From assembly GCA_016794625.1 (NCBI GenBank), contig JAEUGY010000004.1:13287-77286 (forward strand): DNA of 64,000 nucleotides, written 5' to 3'. Of this stretch, positions 47,801 to 56,963 are shown one piece after another. The stretch comes from Opitutaceae bacterium. Its GTDB lineage: Bacteria; Verrucomicrobiota; Verrucomicrobiia; Opitutales; Opitutaceae. How positions within the stretch are numbered: the stretch's first letter is position 1; each line of letters opens with the position of its first letter. Under the pieces are notes generated by a model. The model ran no database searches, was not told the origin of the DNA, and worked only from the letters and a program-made list of their open reading frames with translations. The position numbers were made by a program, and so were the translations under genes.

Positions 47801-49249
47801 CGTCGTCGAGGTAGCTCCGGTAATCGGTGCTCCGTCCTTCGTCCACTGATAAGTGATCGGCGCGGTGCCACTGGCGGCGGCTGAGAAGGTCACGGTCCCG
47901 CCGACCGTCGCCGTCGCGTTCACCGGCTGCGTGGTGATGCTCGGAGCCACGGCTGGTTCCGTGACCGTGAGCGTGGCCACGGCGCTCTGCACCGAGCCCG
48001 CGGCGTTGGTCGCCGTCAGCTGATACGATCCCGCTGAGGCGAGGGTGACCGCGTTCAGCGTCAACGTCGCTGCGGTCGCTCCGGGCACTGCGGCGCCATC
48101 CTTCGTCCACTGGTAGGTGATTGGCGCGGTTCCGCTCGCGGCGGCCGAGAAGGTCACGGTGCCCCCCACGGTCGCTGTCGCGTTCACCGGCTGCGTGGTG
48201 ATGCTCGGCGCCACGGCTGGTTCCGTGACCGTGAGCGTGACCACCGCACTTTGCGCCGAACCGGCGGCATTGGTCGCCGTCAGCTGGTACGACCCCGCTG
48301 AGGCGAGGGTGACCGCGTTTAGCGTCAACGTCGCTGCGGTCGCTCCGGGCACGGCGGCGCCGTCCTTCGTCCACTGGTAGGTGATCGGTGCAGTGCCACT
48401 GGCGGCGGCCGAGAAACTGACGGTTCCTCCCACCGTCGCCGTCGCGTTCACCGGCTGGGTGGTGATGCTCGGGGCGATGGCTGGCTGGGTCACCGTGAGG
48501 GTGGCAGCGTTGCTGGTCGTCGAACCACCGGCGTTGGTGGCGACGACATCATAGGAACCCGCGGAAGCGACGCTGACATTCGTCAGGCCAAGGGTCGCCG
48601 CGGTTGCGCCCGCGAGCGCGGCGCCATCCTTCCTCCACTGATAGGTAATGGTGCCACCGGTCGCTGCAGCGGTGAAATTGACATTCGCCCCCACATTGAC
48701 CGACGCGCTCGCCGGATGCGCGGAGAAGGTAGGCGGAGCCACCGCCCCACCCTGCACATTGATCTGCACGGTGAACGTAGGAGTGCCTCCATCCCCTCGT
48801 TTGTTGGTACTGCTCCACGCTCGAATGGAGAGCGAGTACGAACCCGCGGTGGTCGGAGTGCCGGTGATGGTCCCCGTACTCGCGTTGAGCAGATCGCCCA
48901 CCACGCCAGGCACGCTCAATCCTGGCGGAAGCGTGCCCTTGATCTCGTAGGAACGCGCCGCCGACGGGGCCCCGGTCAGGGCGAAGGCGAGCGAAAAGGA
49001 CTGACCGACCGTCGCACTCGCCGGTGTGGCCGGGCTGGTCGAAAGTTGCGTCGCACCCGCGAGCGCATGATAGCCGCCAACCGCGGCGACCGTAAACGCC
49101 GAACGCAGCAACGCACTCACGCCGCCACCCAGCGTGGATTCCGCGGTGGCCAGAAGCCGGACCAAGGGTGCGCGCTGCAGGATGACCGAGAGGAGCGAGG
49201 CGGGCAGATACACCCACCGCAGACGCTGAAAGAGAAAGATAAAGTTCAT
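44804..49249 (-). CDS. Giant secreted/surface protein: He_PIG-like N-terminal Ig domain, 12 tandem I-set-like Ig repeats, two copies of a C-terminal about 130-aa domain
   Basis: 1481-aa ORF. Twelve repeats of about 88 aa have the pattern TTQPxNATATVGGTVTFSAAAxGTAPITYQWTKDGAPIxGATxxTLTLNAVTLASAGSYRLSATNAAGTAQS. The C-terminus is ...GGYTVQVSGVAGAVGEALIEVFEVQP. Confidence 0.9.
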   Translation of the reverse strand: MNFIFLFQRLRWVYLPASLLSVILQRAPLVRLLATAESTLGGGVSALLRSAFTVAAVGGYHALAGATQLSTSPATPASATVGQSFSLAFALTGAPSAARSYEIKGTLPPGLSVPGVVGDLLNASTGTITGTPTTAGSYSLSIRAWSSTNKRGDGGTPTFTVQINVQGGAVAPPTFSAHPASASVNVGANVNFTAAATGGTITYQWRKDGAALAGATAATLGLTNVSVASAGSYDVVATNAGGSTTSNAATLTVTQPAIAPSITTQPVNATATVGGTVSFSAAASGTAPITYQWTKDGAAVPGATAATLTLNAVTLASAGSYQLTATNAAGSAQSAVVTLTVTEPAVAPSITTQPVNATATVGGTVTFSAAASGTAPITYQWTKDGAAVPGATAATLTLNAVTLASAGSYQLTATNAAGSVQSAVATLTVTEPAVAPSITTQPVNATATVGGTVTFSAAASGTAPITYQWTKDGAPITGATSTTLTLNAVTLASAGSYRLSATNTAGTAQSNPASLTVNEAVVAPSITTQPVNATAMVGGTVTFSAAASGTAPITYQWTKDGAPIAGATSTTLTLNAVTLASAGSYRLSATNAAGTAQSNPASLTVTEATVAPSFTTQPANATATVGGTVTFAAAANGTAPISYQWTKDGAPIAGATSSTLTLNAITLASAGSYRLSATNAAGTAQSNPASLTVTEATVAPSITTQPANATATVGGTVTFSAAANGTAPIAYQWTKDGAPIAGATSTTLTLNAVTLASAGSYRLSATNAAGTAQSNPATLTVTEATVAPSFTTQPANATATVGGTVAFSAAANGTAPITYQWTKDGAPIAGATSSTLTLNAVSLASAGSYRLSATNAAGTAQSNPASLTVTEATVAPSFTTQPANATATVGGTVAFSAAANGTAPITYQWTKDGAPIAGATSSTLTLNAVTLASAGSYRLSATNAAGTAQSNSASLTVTEAVVAPQFTSQPVSVTVAVGGAASFSALVSGSGPITYQWFKDGSALPGATSSTLTLPVVTEASAGSYRLVATNPAGSAQSSAASLTLSTGQAAPSVSVVPMSQTAQPNDTVTLTAVATGTGPLSYQWTRNGSAIPGATGSVLVMTGVDETAGGAYRVIVHNELGSIHSHVAHVQVTPAVGPSILVQPLGQSVVQGASVTLAVEATGSGSLTYQWHKGGLVLPGANAAQLALTGVQLSDAGDYTVTVSNSSGSVVSAVATLAVTQGVASAITNVSVVTNLAAEQLLVVGFNVSGGDKSFLLRAVGPGLDAFGVPQTMPDPEIVLYQGGTRLDWNDNWGGERSMVELSASVGAFGLAPNSLDAALVSSVGGGRTAQIHGRIGGRVLVEVYDAGRGMTQRLTNISARNRVGSGADVLIAGFTISGRAAKTVLIRAIGPSLGQFGVPAVLDDPKLEVYAGSTRLAENDSWSPSLAPLFARVGAFGLPEGSRDAATVLSLPPGGYTVQVSGVAGAVGEALIEVFEVQP
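46269..48380. repeat. About eight near-identical 264-bp tandem DNA repeats (coding, Ig units)
   Basis: Antisense ORFs at 46533, 46797, 47061(+12), 47325(+12), 47589 and 48117 are spaced at exact multiples of 264 nt. Their translations differ at only a few residues. Confidence 0.9.
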
Positions 49250-49274
49250 GACGCGTGATGTCTACGACGACGCT

Positions 49275-49556
49275 TCAATTGCAGCCGCAGCCGCTGCCAC
49301 CCACCCCGCGTCCGCCCGCCGAGGCCTCGCGTGAAAAGAAGATGTGTTCACCCATCGCGCCGGCCAACGGGTCCCGGTCCGGCCGCATCGCATAACTCGT
49401 CAAGGTTGCCCGCTCCCATGGATGAACCGCCGAGCAGCCGACTCCGGCCATCGCGACCGCCAGCAGCACCAAGCCACGCAGTCCCCAGCGCACCGCTGAT
49501 CGCGAATCCAATCCGCTCCACTCTGCCGGCCGCCGGTCTGACGATAATGTATTCAT
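49275..49556 (-). CDS. DUF4266-like small lipoprotein
   Basis: 93-aa ORF. The lipobox-like segment is LLAVAMAGVGCSA. The characteristic C-terminus is GGSGCGCN. It lies in the usual DUF3570/TlpA neighbourhood. Confidence 0.75.
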   Translation of the reverse strand: MNTLSSDRRPAEWSGLDSRSAVRWGLRGLVLLAVAMAGVGCSAVHPWERATLTSYAMRPDRDPLAGAMGEHIFFSREASAGGRGVGGSGCGCN

Positions 49557-49657
49557 AACTCGTATATCCTTGTTTCTTGATTCACACCGCTGTTTTTGGG
49601 CACGGCACGCCCCTGCGCACCCGCGCAGTGTCTGGAAAGGGAGGTCTGATTCGGGTC

Positions 49658-50254
49658 CTAGGGCTTTTCGGCGAGCAAGACGCTCACCTGGTCTCGCAAA
49701 AGTTTGGCCGAGGCATCTCCATGGTAGCCTTCATGGATGTGCCGGACGACGCCGCGGCGATCGATGACATAGGTGGTGGGCATCTTCGGTGCGCGCACCA
49801 CCTTGACCAACCGGTGCACGGCATCACGCACGGTCGGAAACACCGGCGCATGCTTGCGCAGGAAACCTTCGTAAGCGCCCTTGTTCTCATCGACGCTTAC
49901 GCCGAGGACGGTCAATCCGGCGGAGCCGAGTTCCGTTTGCAGTGACATGAGCGTGGGAAACGACGCCTTGCACGGGCCGCACCAGGAGGCCCAGAAATCG
50001 AGGACGACGACCCGTCCGGCCAAATCCGCCGGTACCTGGCCCTCCAGCGAAAACTGGCTTAACACCGGCACGGAGTCGCCCACCTTCAATTGAGCCCTCG
50101 CCCCGGGCGCCGTCGCCAGCATCCCCAGCACCAGAGCCGCCGGCCAGGCACGCCACCACCGTTGCTTCGGTGCGGACTGACCGGGCCGGAATGAACAGGG
50201 AAAAGACGCTGAGTTCAGGGAGGTGTTCATGGGAAAAGAGAGCATGCGATTCAC
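49658..50254 (-). CDS. TlpA-family thiol:disulfide oxidoreductase (thioredoxin fold)
   Basis: It has a signal peptide. The active site is VLDFWASWCGPCKASFP. The start could be the GTG at 50254 or the ATG at 50245. Confidence 0.85.
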   Translation of the reverse strand: MNRMLSFPMNTSLNSASFPCSFRPGQSAPKQRWWRAWPAALVLGMLATAPGARAQLKVGDSVPVLSQFSLEGQVPADLAGRVVVLDFWASWCGPCKASFPTLMSLQTELGSAGLTVLGVSVDENKGAYEGFLRKHAPVFPTVRDAVHRLVKVVRAPKMPTTYVIDRRGVVRHIHEGYHGDASAKLLRDQVSVLLAEKP

Positions 50255-51414
50255 CAGGAGAAACGGCCGCCGAGCGTGAAGACGTTTGCGTCCGGATACG
50301 CGCTGGCCGAAGTCTTGCCGTCACGACCGCGCATCAGGTACCGTTCGTAGGTCGCATCGACCACCAGCCGGTCCGGCACGATCGTCCAGATGACCTTCAG
50401 GCCGGCATTCACGGTGTCGAGGTCCGAGAGCCGATAGTCCGCCGAGTAGTACGGTGCGCTTCCGCTCGCGTCATCGCCCGGCACGATCGACGTGCCATCA
50501 AGCGTCACGTGATAGAAGTCGGCCGCCGATTGGCGGTAAAAGCGCAGACCCGGACGCACGAGCAAGCGACTTCCCACCTGCTGGAACCACTCGAGGGCGA
50601 GCGCATGACTGGTCACCCCCCAGTCGTCGCGATACAGCCGATAGCTGGCGTCGAGCGCGCCCTTCACTCCTTCGAACGCCACATTCGCGCCGGAGAAAGC
50701 CACCCACTTGGATCGCCGCTCCGGGCGGTTTTCGGGGAAGGTCAGAGGGAGAAAGAGCCCCGGAAAGATCTCGGTGTTTTTCTGGATGATCTTGTAGGGA
50801 TCGGACAGGTAGCCGTCCGCCACGCCCCGGGTCACATTGAGCGTGAGCGAAATCCGGGAGTTGATCAGCTGGGTGAAGCCCAGCACGACGTCGTCACCCA
50901 CCTTGATGCGGGGCGCCGGCAGGAACCTCGCGGTGATGTCGTCATCGACCCGGGCGTAGCCGAGGAGCAGCGTGGTGTTCTTTTCGTTGAAGTCCGTCAG
51001 GGTGTTCACCGACCACCCTTTGGAGATGTAGTCACTCTCCCGGCTCACCGCATACCCCAGCGCCACGTTGATGCGTTTGAGCTGATGGGAGAAGTCGGCC
51101 GACCAGGCCTTGCGCTTGTCGGTCAGCCGGGAGAGCGGCACCTGGTCGCTGCCCTCCTCGGCCGGCTGTCCGTTGGGCGTCGCCCCCGCAATGGCGTCGA
51201 CCAGGCCGGTGACCTTCAACTTGGTCTCCAGGCCCAGATCCTTCTCGAGCAGGGCGTAGTGGGCGTCGACCCGGATGCGCCCGCCCTCCTCCTGCCACGA
51301 CTGGAACTTGTAGCTGACGAGATCCTCGGTCCGGGCCGGCTTCGGCATCAAACTGTATATCAACCCAACCACTACAATTTTTCTCTTCAGACTCGACAAA
51401 TGCGTGCGTGTCAT
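50251..51414 (-). CDS. DUF3570-like outer-membrane beta-barrel protein
   Basis: 387-aa ORF with alternating beta-strand-like sequence rich in Y/D/G and a C-terminal aromatic end (...TLGGRFSW). Its stop abuts the TlpA start. Confidence 0.75.
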   Translation of the reverse strand: MTRTHLSSLKRKIVVVGLIYSLMPKPARTEDLVSYKFQSWQEEGGRIRVDAHYALLEKDLGLETKLKVTGLVDAIAGATPNGQPAEEGSDQVPLSRLTDKRKAWSADFSHQLKRINVALGYAVSRESDYISKGWSVNTLTDFNEKNTTLLLGYARVDDDITARFLPAPRIKVGDDVVLGFTQLINSRISLTLNVTRGVADGYLSDPYKIIQKNTEIFPGLFLPLTFPENRPERRSKWVAFSGANVAFEGVKGALDASYRLYRDDWGVTSHALALEWFQQVGSRLLVRPGLRFYRQSAADFYHVTLDGTSIVPGDDASGSAPYYSADYRLSDLDTVNAGLKVIWTIVPDRLVVDATYERYLMRGRDGKTSASAYPDANVFTLGGRFSW

Positions 51415-52018
51415 GGTGCTTGGCTATCCGCGACGACACGAGTGTCGAGGAATTCCTGCTTACAAAGGAATAGGGAACCGAAACGAAACATCTGGGTCCG
51501 TCAGCCCACGATCGCATCGTGTCTGATTTTTAACTACAGTATTGCTGTTACAAGCGATTGTCCGTCCAGCCGGCGGTTTCGTGGGGTGAAACACCCAGGG
51601 CACGCCCGCCCTTCCGCCAATCGCGGGTGCGACACGGGCCGCGGGGAGCGACGCGAACGAACGGCCGAGACGAGCGACCGCACAATTTGCACGATGTGGG
51701 CGTGCACATTGCAACGCCGCCGGGAAAACCCGTGGGGGGGGGAAATTCCACGCGATTTCTGCGTATTGGCGCCGCGGCGCGTCTCGCGCCGGTCGCGACT
51801 CCTACACTTTGGGCATTTCTTTACGAACCCGCCTCGTCACACCCGGCGGCGCGCGGCGGCCGGAAAACACCGACGATCTGAACCTCCAGGACCCGGAGCG
51901 CCCCCCGGATCGCCTGACAGGCATTCTCCGATGCCTGACAGTGCACATGGGTGAAAACCTGACGTTCGTATCCATCCTTTTGGTTCATGCAGCGGGCGGG
52001 AGTGACGAATTCAGGTCC

Positions 52019-54505
52019 ATGAAGTTGCGAACCCGGCTCGTGTTCGCAGGTGTGGCTTTGTCTGCCCTGCCCCTGGCGACCGTCTGCGGCGTGCTCTGGC
52101 TGCAGGGCAGCCGGCTGGCCACACGTTCCGCGGAGCAGGTCAATCATCTTGTCCTGGAGAGCCTCGACGACCGGTTGCGCCAGTCCATCGCCCTCGCGGA
52201 TGCGCTCCGCTCGGAGCTGGAGCTCGAAACACGGAGCCTGCTCGCTCGTCTGACCGCGGATGTGGCCCGAGCGGGCGGCATCGGCACCGTGGCTTCCGCC
52301 GTGGCGGACTGGGAGTCCACCAACCAGTTCAACCAGGGCAAGAGTCGGATCTCCCTTCCCACCCTCGTGGTGGGCGGAGTAAACCTGCCCGCCCAGAGCG
52401 ACCCCGCCGTGCCGGTTCCATTTGTGGACGATGTCCTGCACCGTCCCGGGGCCACCGCCACCATCTTCCAGCGAATGAACGAGTCCGGGGACATGCTCCG
52501 GGTGGCTTCAAGCGTGCGCAATGCACAGGGACGAAGGGCGATCGGAACCTACATCCCGACGGCCATGCCGGATGGAAAACCGAATCCCGTCCTCGCCACG
52601 GTGCTGAAGGGGGAGCGTTTTGTCGGCCGCGCGTTCGTGGTCAATCAGTGGTACGTCGCCGCCTATCAGCCGTTCCGGGACGCGGCGGGCAAGGTGGCCG
52701 GCATGCTTTATGTGGGGATTCCTGAAGCCACGGCCCTGGAGAATGTGAAGGCCGCCTTCGGGCAAACCGCAATCGGCGAACACGGGCACTTGTTTGCCAT
52801 TAACACCAAGGGCGCGGACGCCGGCCGGTACGTCATTTCGAAGGGCGGTACGCAGGATGGGCAGCTGATGCCGGACGAGACCGGCACGGATGGCATCAAT
52901 CTGGGCCGGACGCTGATCGCGACCGCACCTACGCTCGCCCCCGGAGCCACGGGCGGACTCAGGCACCTCGGACGGGAAAACAAGGACGCCGCGCTCCGGC
53001 CGCGGATCCTGCGCTACACCTACTATGCTCCGTGGGACTGGGTGGTCGCAGCGGTGGCTTACGAGGACGAAATCGGCCACGTCCAGGCCACCCTGACCGA
53101 GGGCATCCGCTCGTTCCTGCTGGTGAGCGGCGGCGTCGGCGCGGGCCTGGTGGTGCTCGGCGGCCTCGTCACGCTGATCCTTGGTCGTTGGTTCGGTCGA
53201 AAACTGGAATCATTTTCGGTGGAGCTCGCGGAGGGCGCCGGTCAGGCCACGGTTGCCACGGATCGCGTCATGGCCTCCGCCCAGACGCTCGCCCATGGCC
53301 AGGGCGCGCAGATCCAGGCGCACGACGAGGTGAGCGAAGCCTTGAATGGTCTGGTGGCCAAACACAGCGAGCGACTCTCCCTGGTGGAGGATGCCCGCCG
53401 ACTGGCCGATGCCACCCAACAGGCGGCGGAGTCATCGGCGGCCAGCATGAACCGTCTCGAATCCTCGCTCGCCGGCATCCAGCAATCGGGCCAGGAAATC
53501 GGCCGGATCATCAGCGTGATCGACGAGATCGCATTTCAAACCAATTTGCTCGCGCTCAACGCCGCGGTCGAGGCGGCCCGGGCCGGCAGTTCGGGAGCCG
53601 GCTTTGCCGTGGTCGCCGATGAGGTGCGAGCCCTCGCCCAGCGCAGCGCCGAGGCGGCCCGCAATTCCCGCGATCGCATCGATGACGCCGTCACCCGTTC
53701 CTGCCAGGGTTCCAGCATTGGCAAGGAAGTGGCCCAAGCCTTGCAGGGCATGGCGACGAACGCCCAGCAGACGCGGGCCCGGATCGCCGAACTGGTCACC
53801 GCGACGCAGTCGGAATCCGAAGTCGCCCATCGCTCGCTCGACACGCTGGCCAAGACCCAGGAAATCGCCCATCACAACGAATCCGCCAGCGAAGCACTCT
53901 CCGAAGCGGTCGCCGTGCTGCGGGAGAGCGAAACCTCGCAGCGCACCGTGATTCGCGACATGCGCGGCCTGGTGTCAGGCCATGGCCTCTCCGCCGGCAA
54001 GGCCGCCGCTGCGCGCGGGACAACCTCCGGCGCCTCCGCTGCCTCCGGCTCCGGTCCGGCATCCGTCGACGCCGAAGAACTCGCCCCGGCCGGACTGCGC
54101 TACGACCCGGACACCATGGCCACCGGCAACGAAAAGGTCGACCGGCAGCACCAAGGCCTGATCGATATCATCAACGAGATCGAACGCGCCCAGCTCAACC
54201 AGTGGCCCGCGGCGCGGGTGACCCCATTGCTCGATTCTCTCGCGAACTACACCGTGAATCACTTCCGCGATGAAGAGCAGATCATGGAGGCGACCGGCTG
54301 CTCCGCCGCCAAACGCAATTGCAAGGCCCACGCCGCCCTGATCGCCAAGTACACCGCCTGGCGCCAGGACTACGACGCCAAGGGACAGCCGACCGAACTC
54401 GTCCGGGACCTCCACCAGTTCCTCACCCAGTGGCTGGTCGGCCATATCTGCCGGATTGATACCTGCCTCAAATCCTGCCAACGCGGCCAGCTCCAGGCCA
54501 GCTGA
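52019..54505 (+). CDS. Methyl-accepting chemotaxis protein with a Cache-like periplasmic sensor, HAMP and a C-terminal hemerythrin domain
   Basis: ATG at 52019 within ORF 51809-54505. The MCP hairpin core is [47 protein letters not shown]. The C-terminal hemerythrin ligand pattern is DRQHQGL, NHFRDEE, KAHAAL and GHICRID. Confidence 0.85.
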   Translation: MKLRTRLVFAGVALSALPLATVCGVLWLQGSRLATRSAEQVNHLVLESLDDRLRQSIALADALRSELELETRSLLARLTADVARAGGIGTVASAVADWESTNQFNQGKSRISLPTLVVGGVNLPAQSDPAVPVPFVDDVLHRPGATATIFQRMNESGDMLRVASSVRNAQGRRAIGTYIPTAMPDGKPNPVLATVLKGERFVGRAFVVNQWYVAAYQPFRDAAGKVAGMLYVGIPEATALENVKAAFGQTAIGEHGHLFAINTKGADAGRYVISKGGTQDGQLMPDETGTDGINLGRTLIATAPTLAPGATGGLRHLGRENKDAALRPRILRYTYYAPWDWVVAAVAYEDEIGHVQATLTEGIRSFLLVSGGVGAGLVVLGGLVTLILGRWFGRKLESFSVELAEGAGQATVATDRVMASAQTLAHGQGAQIQAHDEVSEALNGLVAKHSERLSLVEDARRLADATQQAAESSAASMNRLESSLAGIQQSGQEIGRIISVIDEIAFQTNLLALNAAVEAARAGSSGAGFAVVADEVRALAQRSAEAARNSRDRIDDAVTRSCQGSSIGKEVAQALQGMATNAQQTRARIAELVTATQSESEVAHRSLDTLAKTQEIAHHNESASEALSEAVAVLRESETSQRTVIRDMRGLVSGHGLSAGKAAAARGTTSGASAASGSGPASVDAEELAPAGLRYDPDTMATGNEKVDRQHQGLIDIINEIERAQLNQWPAARVTPLLDSLANYTVNHFRDEEQIMEATGCSAAKRNCKAHAALIAKYTAWRQDYDAKGQPTELVRDLHQFLTQWLVGHICRIDTCLKSCQRGQLQAS

Positions 54506-54534
54506 GGGTTCGCCCGGGAAAAGCGCCCGTGTCC

Positions 54535-54960
54535 GCGGGGTCCGCGACCCCATCTGCATCGGACACTGTCCGCGACGCGCCACCGGCGCCGACGGAGCGG
54601 CGCCCTCCAGGGGAGCACCCTGCGGGTGGCCTGTAGTCCGCGGCCCGTTGGGGGTGGCCTCGCCGAGGCCGCGACGGGACCCACCGGTCCCGCCTCCGTC
54701 CGCCGACGGCTTCACGCGATTCGCCTCTCCGCGGGGTCCGCGACCCCATCTCCAGCGGACACTGTCCGCGACGCGCCACCGGCGCCGACGGAGCGGCGCC
54801 CTCCAGGGGAGCACCGTGCGGGTGGCCTGTAGTCCGCGGCCCGTTGGGGGTGGCCTCGCCGAGGCCGCGACGGGACCCACCGGTCCTGCCCCCGTCCGCC
54901 GACGGCTTCACGCGATTCGCCGCTCCGCGAAGTCCCCACCCCCACCTCCAGCGGACACCG
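54535..54960. repeat. 196-bp tandem duplication (2 full copies plus a degenerate partial third) built from REP-like modules
   Basis: Copy 1 is 54535-54730 and copy 2 is 54731-54926, with about 6 mismatches by hand alignment. A degenerate start of a third copy runs to about 54960. Confidence 0.9.
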
Positions 54961-55020
54961 CCCCACTCCACGCAACACGGTTGACCCTGCCCTCCTTTCC
55001 GTGACACGCTTCCGGACGCC

Positions 55021-56250
55021 ATGGGCGCGCCGCAACCGAGTTTGAACGATCTTCGAATCGCACGTGATGCCCGGCCGGCGGCACGTGCCTCCTGGGGGCG
55101 CCGGGGACTGATCGGCGCTCTGCTGCTGGTGCTCGGCATCGCCGCAATCGTTTGGTGGCTGCGGCGTCCGGCCCCCACCGCCCTGACGCTGGACGTGGCT
55201 CGGGAGGCGGTCTCCGGCTCCGGCGATCGCACCTTGCTCAACGCCTCGGGTTACGTGACCGCGCGGCGGGAGGCGACGCTTTCGTCCAAGATCACGGGCC
55301 GGGTCACGGAGGTTCTGATTGAAGAAGGTCAGGCGGTCATCGCGGGACAGGTCATCGCCCGCCTCGACGACACCAATGTCCGGGCCAACCTGCTCCTCGC
55401 CCGCGCCCAGGTGGAAGCCGCGGTGAGCGCCCAGGAGGAGAGCCGCGTCCGGATCCGGGAGGCCGAACTGGATATGCAACGTCAGTCCAATCTGCTCACG
55501 GCCAAGGTGTCGCCGCAGTCCGATTTCGATCGCGCCGAAGCCTCCCTGCTCGCCTGGAAAGCCCGTCTTGCCCAGCAGCAAAGCGAGCGCGTGGTGGCCG
55601 AACGCAATGTCGCCATCTGGGAGCAGCAGCTCGCCGACACGGTGATCCAGGCGCCCTTCGCCGGGATCGTGACCTCCAAGAACGCCCAGCCGGGCGAGAT
55701 GATCTCTCCCATGTCCTCCGGCGGCTTTACCCGCACGGGGATCTGCACGATTGTCGACATGGAATCGCTCGAGATCGAAATCGATGTGAACGAGAGCTAC
55801 ATCAACCGGGTCAAGCCGGGCCAACCCGTCGAGGCGGCCCTCGACGCCTACAGCGAGTGGAAAATGCCTTGCAAGGTGATCGCGATCATTCCCACCGCCG
55901 ACCGCCAGAAGTCCACGGTCCGGGTGCGCGTCGGATTCAATCAGCTGGACCCGCGGATTCTGCCGCAAATGGGTGTAAAAGTAGCCTTCCGCGAGGTCGC
56001 GGGACCGTCCGCGGGTCCTCCGACCGCCCGCGGCGTGTCGGTGTCCTCCCGGGCGGTGCGCCGGGTGGACGGGCGCGATATCGTCTTTGTGATTAGCAAC
56101 GGGCGCGCCGAGCGTCGCGCCGTGACCGTCTCCGAAACCCGGGAAAACGAAGTTGTCATCAGCGCCGGCCTGTCCGCCGGGGAAACGGTGGCGGTCAACC
56201 CACCGGCCGACCTGGTCGACGGCGCGGTCGTTGCACGAAGCACTCCATGA
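55021..56250 (+). CDS. Efflux transporter periplasmic adaptor (HlyD/MacA family)
   Basis: It has an N-terminal TM anchor, the lipoyl/barrel-sandwich motif [20 protein letters not shown], a coiled-coil hairpin, and APFAGIVTS. Confidence 0.85.
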   Translation: MGAPQPSLNDLRIARDARPAARASWGRRGLIGALLLVLGIAAIVWWLRRPAPTALTLDVAREAVSGSGDRTLLNASGYVTARREATLSSKITGRVTEVLIEEGQAVIAGQVIARLDDTNVRANLLLARAQVEAAVSAQEESRVRIREAELDMQRQSNLLTAKVSPQSDFDRAEASLLAWKARLAQQQSERVVAERNVAIWEQQLADTVIQAPFAGIVTSKNAQPGEMISPMSSGGFTRTGICTIVDMESLEIEIDVNESYINRVKPGQPVEAALDAYSEWKMPCKVIAIIPTADRQKSTVRVRVGFNQLDPRILPQMGVKVAFREVAGPSAGPPTARGVSVSSRAVRRVDGRDIVFVISNGRAERRAVTVSETRENEVVISAGLSAGETVAVNPPADLVDGAVVARSTP

Positions 56251-56963
56251 GCACCACGAACGAAACCCAACCCCAGGACAGCGCCTTGGTTCGCATTGAA
56301 GGCGTGGAGAAGACGTTCCGGCGAGCCTCCGAGGACGTCCATGTGCTGGCTCGTCTGGACCTGGTCGTGCCGCCCGGCGAGTTCCTCGCCCTGATGGGCC
56401 CGTCCGGCTCCGGCAAGAGCACCCTGCTCAATCTGATCGGCGGGCTCGACCGTCCCACCCAGGGCAGCGTCACGGTCGCAGGCGAACGCATCGACACCCT
56501 TTCCGATCGGCGCCTCGCGGATTGGCGGGCGCGCCACATCGGATTCGTCTTCCAGCTCTACAATCTCATGCCGGTTCTGACCGCCGAGCGGAATGTGGAG
56601 CTGCCGTTGCTGCTCACCCATCTGGGCAAGGCGGAACGGCAGAAACACGTGGCGACTGCCCTGGCCATGGTGGGTCTCTCGCACCGCGCAAAGCACTACC
56701 CGCGCACCCTTTCGGGCGGCGAACAGCAGCGCGTCGGCATCGCCCGGGGCATTGTCACCGATCCCACGCTCCTGCTCTGCGATGAACCGACGGGCGACCT
56801 CGACCGCAAGGCCGGGGACGAGATCCTCAACCTGCTCCAGGCGCTCAACCGCGAGCACGGCAAGACCATCATCATGGTCACCCATGATCCGCACGCCTCC
56901 GCGCGGGCGTCCCGCACGGTCTATCTCAACAAGGGTCGTCTGTCGAACGAGCCCGTGTCATGA
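56247..56963 (+). CDS. ABC transporter ATP-binding protein (MacB/LolD-like)
   Basis: Walker A is [12 protein letters not shown], the signature is [14 protein letters not shown] and Walker B is [12 protein letters not shown]. An ATGA overlaps the adaptor stop. Confidence 0.92.
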   Translation: MSTTNETQPQDSALVRIEGVEKTFRRASEDVHVLARLDLVVPPGEFLALMGPSGSGKSTLLNLIGGLDRPTQGSVTVAGERIDTLSDRRLADWRARHIGFVFQLYNLMPVLTAERNVELPLLLTHLGKAERQKHVATALAMVGLSHRAKHYPRTLSGGEQQRVGIARGIVTDPTLLLCDEPTGDLDRKAGDEILNLLQALNREHGKTIIMVTHDPHASARASRTVYLNKGRLSNEPVS

